From assembly GCA_951406725.2 (NCBI GenBank), contig OX597827.1:57412001-57476000 (forward strand): 64,000 bases of DNA. Direction: 5' to 3'. The translations under genes were made by a program, and so were the position numbers. The notes under the pieces are model-generated. The model saw only the letters and a program-made list of their open reading frames with translations, searched no databases and was not told the origin of the DNA. This DNA is from Octopus vulgaris. Taxonomy: Eukaryota. Shown here in pieces: positions 54,855-64,000 of the stretch. Every line of letters begins with the position of its first letter. The stretch's first letter is position 1.

Positions 54855-55182
54855 CGAAGAAGTGATGCTAAAGGTCTGAAATCTTGCATGCTTTAATTTT
54901 AACAATTGCAGCGTTGAAGGTGTTTTTATAAGCCATTTAAGAAACACACAAAAACCGTTAGATTCACTTCAACAATTAAATTTAATTTACCAATTTTAAC
55001 ACTTCTTATTTAATAACTGCATAGTTTCTTTCCGGGTAAATTTTCAAAGAAGACTTCAAAAGTAACTAGTAGCGACTTCCATTGAAAATGAACAAAATTT
55101 CGCATCACGGTGTTATCAAGTACCTGCAGAAAAAAGGGTTTAGCTCCCAAAACCATTCATGCTGACATGGTTGCTACATTAG
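54855..55182 (+). mobile_element. Mariner 5' fragment
   Basis: MNKISHHGVIKYLQKKG / LAPKTIHADMVATL (frameshifted mariner N-terminus). Confidence 0.65.
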
Positions 55183-55184
55183 CA

Positions 55185-55750
55185 TATCGTGCAATGGCGA
55201 AAGAATGTATCTGGTGGAAATGTCTGAAAGGATTAGAGACAAACTCTTTCCTCTCTAGTCAATCTCTCATCAACTTCTTCAAGTATCACTTGAAAAGGAA
55301 AGTGAGAGTAGAGAGGCAAGTTTTGTCTAGCGAATGCTTCAAAAAAAAGATGGGTGAATGTAGCAAGGATGGCACGCATGAATGACGAAGCCACCTTGAG
55401 CATAATCCTATGAACCCGGAAAAATTTAAAACAGAGTTATTTACTTGCAAATAAATGTGTTGACATGTGACATTATTGACCGAGGTTACCGTGGTCTTTT
55501 CCGCAGGCTTTTTTTTCCACGGATAAACTTTATCTGCTTCCCTCTTTACACTTTACATCATGACATTTCTGTGATACACGATCCCAATTGATCGGTTTTT
55601 TTCTCCCATTTAGATACCTTTTGATCGAAAACCTACCCCACTTTTTATTTTTTATTTTTTTTTTATTTTCCTTTTTTTCTACCCAAAAAGAAAAGCTCTA
55701 CTTTGTAATTTTTCCCCTCTGTGTTCAGCACTGTGTAGCTAATAAAGAAA
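55185..55750 (+). mobile_element. LINE (probably L1/Tx1-type) ORF2 end and 3' UTR
   Basis: AKECIWW..SLINFFKYHLKRKVRVER; T-rich UTR and AATAAA at 55741; UTR segment recurs in reverse at 57915-58035. Confidence 0.6.
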
Positions 55751-56263
55751 CATATCGTACAAACGATTAGTGTTAAAGTAAAAATTTGTGAAACATTGCA
55801 GCGATTCTTCCTTTGAGGTCCTACAGTATACACATATATACAACCACTTATGGAATATACAGAAAGAGAAAGGTGGGGAGAAACAATAATGAACACTTCT
55901 GCACACTTATATACCAAAATGACACGCACATTCAATACAAGGGCGCAAATTTATCCACTCTCTTACTCATGATGCAGCTTTGAACACACTAATTCACATA
56001 ATCACAAAACCCAAGAGATATTTTTCACTTAAACACAACAGCCTTGCCACTTTGTGACTGGTCTGAATTCTGGAAGTTTAAAATGATTCCCAAAAACATA
56101 CGTACGTACATTCATACATGCATGTACAGACTTATATACTCATATACATACGTACACGCGTACAAGGACACACATACCTACATATATACACAGATACATA
56201 CATATATACGTACGTAGTACATACATACATATATACACAAGTAGGTAGACAGACAGATATATT

Positions 56264-56325
<62 letters not shown>

Positions 56326-56374
56326 GACAGACAGATAGATAGATAGATAGAGACAGACAGACAGACAGACAGAC

Positions 56375-56421
<47 letters not shown>

Positions 56422-56462
56422 CAGACAGATAGACAGGCAGGCAGGTAGACAGACAGACAGAC

Positions 56463-56551
<89 letters not shown>

Positions 56552-56916
56552 CATGCATTCATATGTACATGTATACATACAATTATTACACTGCATTATT
56601 TACAAACTCACGCGCATGTATATATATGCGTATATCACAGCACATTACAAAGATACATGCCCATATACATACATATACATGAGCACACACATATCTTACA
56701 CGAGCGAAGCTCACTCACATGAACTCTCACACATCTGCACGCATTAACATGCATATTCACAAATCTCTTGAACTGGTTTAACTCAAACAGAAAAGCCATG
56801 ACATTTCGTTACGCAAACAGACCGGCTGGAATGAATAAAACATTTCAATGCCTATACACGCTAAAGGAGAGAGATGTGGGAAGTGAAGTGAATGGGTAAA
56901 TATATATTAGGTAAAA

Positions 56917-56958
<42 letters not shown>

Positions 56959-57097
56959 CTTCTACCATAAGTTTCAGTCCTTGCTGGTGTGAAACGTATG
57001 GCAAAACGTACAGAAAATATGGTGGGCTTTTCAGCATGAGTGTTATATACCGGGAGCCCAAAAGCCGTACCTAGGGTCTGGAGATACAGCTTTTAAG

Positions 57098-57400
57098 TGA
57101 GACATATGGATTGACATACCTAGAAAAGGTAAAGCTTCCTTCAAATCGGAACTGTCTGAGGTGGATTAGTGGTGACGCTTCAGTACTATGGGCATAGGAC
57201 TTGTGGAGCTCTGGCAACATGGTGGCCTTAGGTACCGGGAGATTTTAAAAAATGAGGCATATGGATTGACATTCCTAGAAAAGGTAAAGCTTCCTTCAAA
57301 TCGGAACTGTCTGAGGTGGATTAGCGGTGACGCTTCAGTACTATGGGCATAGAATTTGTGGAGCTCCGGCAACAAGGTGGCCTTAGGTACCGGAGGTTTT
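57098..57400. repeat. Tandem duplication, 155-bp unit x2
   Basis: CATATGGATTGACAT..CCTTAGGTACCGG at 57103 and 57258, with few substitutions. Confidence 0.92.
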
Positions 57401-57479
57401 GTGAGTGGAAAGCTATATTTGGTTAACAGTTATGTTGTTTTGATTAGGTAGCTGAAAGATGATTCAATAGATTGTAAGG

Positions 57480-58153
57480 CGAAGATGACGAGAGAAATAC
57501 TGTATTTTGAAGTGAGAAAGAGAAGGAGCATTTGAATATATGAAACTACTGAAGACGATGGCTGCAATGAGAACGGAAATATAATAGACGTCCTCTATGA
57601 AAAACGAAGTATAGAAAGACTGACAGTAGTAGGGGGAGTTCTGTTGAAGGGTTTGGGTGTTAGTGCTAAGGATAAGTTAACGATACGTGAAGGGCAACAA
57701 GCTGAAAAGAATGAGTTTTAAAGGAAGATGATGGTGATGGTGATGGTTATAATGGTGTTATTTTTCGCTCCTACACCAGTCCTCGTTGAGATGACCTATC
57801 ATTAAAGGCATTCCAACCGTGACTATCCTGTCCTGTTTTTCATAAATACTGTGTCCTGAGAACCACAGTGCGTCCTTTTCTTTGTTGAAACAGTAGGGTG
57901 TGATTGGAAGAGCTGAAAAAAAAACGATCAATAGGGATCGTGTATCACAGAAATGTCATGATGTAAAGTGTAAAGGGGGAAACAGATAAGGTTTATCCGT
58001 GGAAAGAAAAACCTGCGGAAAAGACCATGGTAAGACCATTGTATAAACTACAAAAAAAGGTCGTTTACCACGAGATCAGCCCTGGTCGGGCAGATCGTCA
58101 TCATTATGGTGGTCGACATCATCATAATCATCGTCGTTGTCATCACTATCATG

Positions 58154-58222
<69 letters not shown>

Positions 58223-58223
58223 G

Positions 58224-58258
<35 letters not shown>

Positions 58259-58680
58259 GTCGTCATTGTTTTCATGATCAGAATCATCGTCATCATCCTC
58301 ACTATCACCACGAGAATGGAAACAATGACGACGACGACAATAACGATGATGATGATGATGATGATGATGACGACGACGACGACGACGATGATGATGATGA
58401 TGTTGCTGACAGCGACGACGATAATGTCGATGACGACGACGAACGATAACCACAATCGGCAAACAGAAGTGGATGATATTCAATCCAAATGCATGTACTT
58501 TAGAAGTTCTTTTAGAAGTCCTGGCGCCAAGTACTGTTGAGTGTATTGAAGCCACTGGAGATGACGGCTGCAATGAGAGATGAAAATGTGATAGATGCAG
58601 AAGAAAATTTGCTTTAGCAACTGATGACGTTTGGAGAAGTTCTGTTGAAGAGGAATCAAGATGCAGGGAAGTTGTATATT
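57480..58680 (-). mobile_element. Two old related LINE-like fragments (57480-57720, 58480-58680)
   Basis: Both contain GGCTGCAATGAGA..AGTTCTGTTGAAG; the minus-strand peptide (FCIYHIFISHCS) resembles LINE ORF2 tails. Confidence 0.4.
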
Positions 58681-58721
58681 AGAAATATGCATAAAGAGAG
58701 AGAACATGCATAAATAAATAA

Positions 58722-58821
<100 letters not shown>

Positions 58822-58907
58822 ATGTATGCATGTATGTATGTAGGTATGTATGTATGAGTGTATGTATACACACACACATACCCATATATATATATATATA
58901 TATATAT

Positions 58908-58943
58908 AAACATTACGTTATATAATTATATAACGTAATGTTT
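58908..58943. repeat. Perfect 36-bp palindrome
   Basis: AAACATTACGTTATATAATTATATAACGTAATGTTT equals its own reverse complement. Confidence 0.92.
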
Positions 58944-59033
58944 TAAATGTACCGTAAATGGTCTTTTTACATACTGAACACTACTTGGTAAAATTATTAA
59001 TTAATAATTAATTAATTTTACTCTTTTATTATT

Positions 59034-59092
<59 letters not shown>

Positions 59093-59093
<1 letters not shown>

Positions 59094-60188
59094 GAGGTGG
59101 TATCAATAAAAATTTCCGGACTATTTATTTGTCATTAAACACAACTAAGTTTTACTTACGTTTTTAGTATTATCTCCTTTGAAATAGTCACCTTGCGCAG
59201 CAGTTCACCAGACCCAGCGTTCCTGCCACTTTTGGAATCTGGTCTGGAAGTCGTTTTCCGTAAGCGAGTCGATGACCATCGCTTGATACGCTCTGGATCT
59301 CGACAACGGTGTTAAAACGGCTAGCTTTGAGCTGCCTTTCATTTTGGGGAAGAGATGGAAGTCGGCAAGTGCTAAATCTAGCGAATAGGGCGGGTGCGGA
59401 AACAATACCATGTTGTTTTGACGAGAAACTTGCGAGTGAGGATATCCACAGATCCGGTCGCTTTTGCCGAATGTCCTCTCTCAAACGCTGCAAAACGTCG
59501 CAACAGAACTCTGAATTGACGGTCCAGCCCTGAAGGAGAAATTCTCGATGCACAATACCACATTTCCGGGGATGGTGATCGTGACAGGTATTGCTCTTCC
59601 TAAAGACGGCGAGCTGGCAGAAACGTTAGCGCGTCGGGCGAAATGCTTAGCGGTATTTCGTCTGCTGTTACGTTCTGAGTTCAAATTCCACCGAGGTCGA
59701 CTTTGCCTTTCATCCTTTCGGGGTAGATAAATTAAGTACCAGTTACGCACTGGGGTCGATATAATCGACTTAATCCGTTTGTCTGTCCTTGTTTGTCCTC
59801 TCTTTGTTTAGCCCCTTGTGGGTAGTAAAGAAATAGGTATTGCTCTTCCGGGGACATTCTTCAACATTTGGAGCACCCGTGCAACTCGAAACGTAGCGTA
59901 CGAACCATCGCCGTGTTGCCGTAAGGTTGCCGAAGTTTGCTCAATGTCTCTGTAGCAGACTCCCCAAGTTTAACGCAAAATTTCACGTTGGCTCTTTATT
60001 CCTACTTTCTGTCCACGGCAAAATCGCAGACTACGGCATATATGTGATCACAAAAACACAAATTTCACGACTTGCGAAGTAAACGCAGCGATGTCACTAG
60101 ACATACTGCTTCATGAAGGTAAATGGTAACTCTCACTGCGCACACAACCATATACTGCTATCTGTTGGCGCGCTACAGAACCACCTCT
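59093..60188 (-). mobile_element. Internally deleted mariner interrupted by a SINE
   Basis: TA|CGAGGTGGT..ACCACCTCT|TA ends; peptides HREFLLQGWTVNSEF..LREDIRQKRPDLW and HPPYSLDLALADFHLFPKMK. Confidence 0.82.
59601..59834 (+). mobile_element. SINE family B monomer
   Basis: 15-bp direct repeat AGGTATTGCTCTTCC at 59586-59600 / 59835-59849. Confidence 0.9.
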
Positions 60189-60813
60189 TATATATATATA
60201 TGTGTGTGAGTGGCTGTGTGGTAAGTGGCTTGCTTACGAACCACATGGTTCCGGGTTCATTCCCAATGCGTGGCATCTTGGGCAAGTGTCTTCTACTATA
60301 GCTTAACTGCAGCACTATAGCTTCCGCGTTAGGTACGTTATTAAACATAAACATCTACACATACATATACACATGTGACAACTGACATGCGTGAATGTAT
60401 GTCTGCATGTGCCTCTCTTACTATATGTATGTGCCTGTATGTGAAAATGTATGTGCGCGTATCGTCACATGTGCATGTGTCTGTGAGTGTGTGTGTCTTT
60501 GTGCACCTGTTACCTACGTTATTAAACACACACACACACACACACGCACATTTACACAAAAGCTTGACAAAAGACAATTACGTGGAAGGTGCAAGTTATA
60601 TAAAAAATACACATCTACCGTGCCATTAACAGTTCATAATTATCGCAGCAGTTTCAAGGTTGCCAGGTATTTACAATTTGCTTATGTTTGGTTATTTTAC
60701 ACTACATACAAAAATATAGACATACTACATACATACAACTACTTGCGAAAATAGAGATTAATGTGTATTTTTTTTATGTACATAATTTTTTTGTTTAAGA
60801 TATTGAAAACAAT

Positions 60814-61460
60814 ATGCCACAAGAGGAAGAATGTACTCTCTCCAGAAACACCAATAAAGCAAAGAGGAATGCAGAAAACCGAAGGCGAGAGTCTCAAAAG
60901 ATAAGGGATATGAGACTTTCTCAATGTCAGCAAAAGCATGATGCAGCACGTCAGATGGAGTCTCAATACAGAAGGGACGTGACACATTCCAAAGATCACC
61001 AAATGCATGCTGCAGCATGTTAAATACAGTCTCAAGAGAAAAAGGAGAGGAGACTTTCTCGAGATCACCAAAGGCATGCTGCAGCACATCAAATTGAGTC
61101 CCAAAACAGAAGGGAAATGAGACTTTCTCAAGATCAGAAAAGCCATGCTGCAGCACATCAGTAGGAGTCACAAGAGAAAAGGGTTCCCAAGATCAGCAAA
61201 GTCATATAGTAACACTTAATGCTGAATCATTAAAACAATGTTTGGCACGCCAGATTACACAGAGGTCCAACAGAATAGCTCTCCGAAACAGACCACGTAC
61301 AAATTCATCTTCACAACACCTGGAGCTGCTTTCAGATATAATCCATCCCATTCTTACAAAAATGATAATTCTATCTAAATTCGTGTGCTAAACTCAAATT
61401 GCCGTTTAAGCAAAGCTTTAACATTTACTCCACAAATGTTTTGTCGTCAATGCTGCACTT
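60814..61460 (+). pseudogene. Helitron RepHel N-terminal fragment with 23-aa repeats
   Basis: 69-bp unit x4 (60889-61164; ESQ..R.MRLSQ.QQ.HAAA) followed by AAFRYNP..NCRLSKAL..QCC, similar to Helitron N-termini; Helitron-type 3' end downstream. Confidence 0.65.
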
Positions 61461-61531
61461 TCCACCGCGTGTGTACCGTTGCCGATTATTTTTCTTCCGT
61501 CTTCCCTTCTTTGGATCTTTCCTTTTGCTAT

Positions 61532-61566
61532 GTTTCTGACAAAGAGCTCCGCTCGAAACGTTAAAC
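61532..61566 (+). ncRNA. Degenerate minimal hammerhead motif
   Basis: GTTT-CTGACAA-A-GAGC(TCC)GCTC-GAAAC-GTT-AAAC; one core mismatch; related to 49708. Confidence 0.55.
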
Positions 61567-61663
61567 CCTCCTTCTTTCCTTCTTTCCTGAGCGTCCATTA
61601 ATACTATACTTGTTCCACGTCCTCGCGTTGTTGTGTTTTTTCTTTGTGTTTTCATGTTTGGAT

Positions 61664-61750
<87 letters not shown>

Positions 61751-61818
61751 GAATGTATGTATGTATGTATGTATGTATGTATGTATGTATGTATGTATAC
61801 AAATTATGCCGTTTTAAT

Positions 61819-61846
61819 CCCGAGCGACACCGGGTATCTCTGCTAG
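61819..61846 (+). mobile_element. Helitron 3' terminus
   Basis: Hairpin CCCGAGCGACACCGGG then CTGCTAG|T, same layout as 8692-8719. Confidence 0.75.
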
Positions 61847-62236
61847 TTATATTAATGAAAAGCAAAAGGATGTTCATTGAATGACCTAATGTAATAGGTA
61901 TTACCTTAATTGCGCGGTTTGGATTACCACTAAAACTCCGGCTTCAACTGCAGCTGAAATAAGTTGGTACTGAAGTTGCCTGTCGAAGATGGCTAGAAGT
62001 GGTTCATCGTTGAACGGATAGATATATGTTATAAACAGAGAATAAGCAAGCAAAACATGTGTTGAGTTATTACTTAAGAACATTTAATTTATGATTTAAA
62101 CATAGTGCAGAGTAGTTGTAGTAAATAGGTAAAGTCTCTCACAGCCGTTTCTGTAATAAGCCTGCGGAGCGTATGCTATTGATCAAGGATTTCCAATTAA
62201 GCTAACTAAACCGTCATTGGAGAGAGAGAAATAAAT

Positions 62237-62508
62237 GTTTTTGTTTTCCTTCTCGAGCAATGCCTGGCTCATAAGGGCCAGTTTCCCGGTTTCCTTGGTG
62301 TATAGGTTCCCCATCTGGACGGGACGCCGGTCCGTCGCAGGTGAGCTGCTAGATGCAGGAGGAAAGAGTGAGAGAAAGTTGTGGCGAAAGAGTCAGCAGA
62401 AGTTCGCCATCACCTTCTGCCGGAGCCGCGTGGAGCTTAGGTGTTTCGCCCACAAACACACACATCGCCTGGTCTGAGATTCGAACCCACTAGGCCATGT
62501 GCCTCCAC
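62237..62508 (-). mobile_element. SINE family A (tail type 1)
   Basis: Reverse complement of 44-335; 14-bp direct repeat AGAGAGAAATAAAT (62223-62236 / 62509-62522). Confidence 0.88.
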
Positions 62509-62945
62509 AGAGAGAAATAAATAAATAAATAAAAAGTATTAAAATTGTTTTTAAAAGTGTTGGATTTGGGTGCACCTGTTGTGGTGCATGTTTTCTAAGT
62601 GCTTTAGGCATTTTCTGACACGCCCTTCAAAATTCGCGGCTCATCCATGAACCATACATGTCGATGGCTGTGATAGTGGTGGAAGTGGTAATAGTGGAGG
62701 TTGTGGTGACAGTAGTGGAGGCGGAGCGGCAGCTGTGGGGGGTGATGGCGTGTTGTGTTAGTATCAGTGGTACCCCAGGTCAATGCTGATAGAGCAATGC
62801 TATCATCAAACTCATTCCAAGTGTGATCAACCTGTCTTTTTAAGAATATCTGGGTCTATATTCTGTGATGTGGTTGGACGGAGAGTCTGCTTCTATGTCT
62901 GGCATGTCATGCGACCGCGTAAAGGCACCCACGATTTGTTTTGTT

Positions 62946-63179
62946 TAAAGCGGTGAGCTGGCAGAAACGTTAGCACGCCGGGCGAAATGCTTAGCGGTAT
63001 TGCGTCTGTCGTTGCGTTCTGAGTTCAAATTCCGCCGAGGTCGACTTTGCCTTTCAACCTTTCGGGGTCGATAAATTAAGTACCAGTTACGCACTGGTGT
63101 CGATGTAATCGACTTAATCCATTTGTCTGTCCTTGTTTGTCCCCCTCTATGTTTAGCCCCTTGTGGGCAATAAAGAAAC
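62946..63179 (+). mobile_element. SINE family B monomer
   Basis: Near-identical to 59601-59834. Confidence 0.87.
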
Positions 63180-63747
63180 AGATATAAAGGAAATTAGGGG
63201 CGGCAGTGTTACTGATGGTGGTGATGGTGGTGGTGGTGGTGGTGGCCTCGTGATAGTATTGATGATGGTGATGATGGTAATGATTGTGATAATGGTGACG
63301 CTGCTGCTCATACATCAGTGGTGTTCATAGAGATAGTGGTGGTCGTGGTGGTGGTGGTGCTGCTGTTCCTGGTACTGCTGCAGGGGATGCTAATGGTGGT
63401 GGTGGCGACGGCGGTGGTGGTGGTGGTTGTGGTGGTGGTGGTGGTGGTGGTGTTTTTGGTAAGCAACAAGACGGGTAAGGGTGATTAGGTGATGGTCTAG
63501 GGTTTAGGGGGCGGGAGACCCCAGACCTTGGAAAACAAAAAACTTTGGTCGTCTTGTAGTCGAGGGCTCTTCGTTTACGCCGGACACCACTGGGAGGTGG
63601 TCCTCGAAGTCGCTGGAAATGGAGATCAGGTCCAAGTCCAAACTCTTGAACGGCTGGTACAGCTGCAGGTGATGTTAGTGGGTGTAGTGGCAGCGGCGGC
63701 GGCGGCGATGGTGGTAGCGGTGGTGGGGCTGCTGCTGCTGCTGGTGC

Positions 63748-63781
<34 letters not shown>

Positions 63782-64000
63782 ACTGCGGTTGCTGGTGCTG
63801 GTGTTAGTGATAGTGGTAGTACTTGTAGTGGTGGTGGTGGTGGTGGTGGTGGTGGTGGTGGTGGTAGTGGTCGTCGTCGTCGTCATCATCGTCGTCGTCG
63901 TCATCGTCGTCGTAGTCGTAGTGGTGGTCACGGTGGCGGCGGCGGCGGCGGCTGTGTTGATCAATCCGCCTCCAAGGCGGGGCAAATGTGAAGAATATTT

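Noticed and set aside
58027-58573. Poly-His/poly-Asp ORFs
   Set aside because: Translations of (CAT)n/(GAT)n tracts.
60889-61200. CRISPR-like regular repeat
   Set aside because: Contiguous 69-bp coding units without unique spacers; eukaryotic context and no cas genes.
63626-63985. Thr/Ser-rich mucin-like ORF
   Set aside because: Degenerate trinucleotide repeats; no supportable gene structure.

Overview
AT-rich eukaryotic DNA dominated by microsatellites and interspersed repeats. The repeat content suggests an octopus/cephalopod genome (inference). I find no intact host gene, rRNA, true tRNA or CRISPR array, and most ORFs in the track are translated microsatellites. Recognisable content: at least three tRNA-derived SINE families; several decayed mariner elements and Tc1/mariner MITEs; five Helitron-derived pieces (one PIF1-like helicase fragment, one RepHel N-terminal fragment); fragments of RTE, CR1-group and L1/Tx1-type LINEs; and a Penelope-like GIY-YIG endonuclease relic. 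The main unexpected signal is a set of minimal type I hammerhead ribozyme (HHR) motifs. Two intact copies form a divergent palindrome (6933-7166), one sits in the tail of a tRNA-headed SINE-like element present twice (16881-17266, 39398-40003), and several more are degenerate. Many fold-back repeats also sit in (TA)n tracts. Together these suggest a Penelope-dependent system of small ribozyme-bearing retroposons. All calls were made by eye; no searches or folding computations were run.
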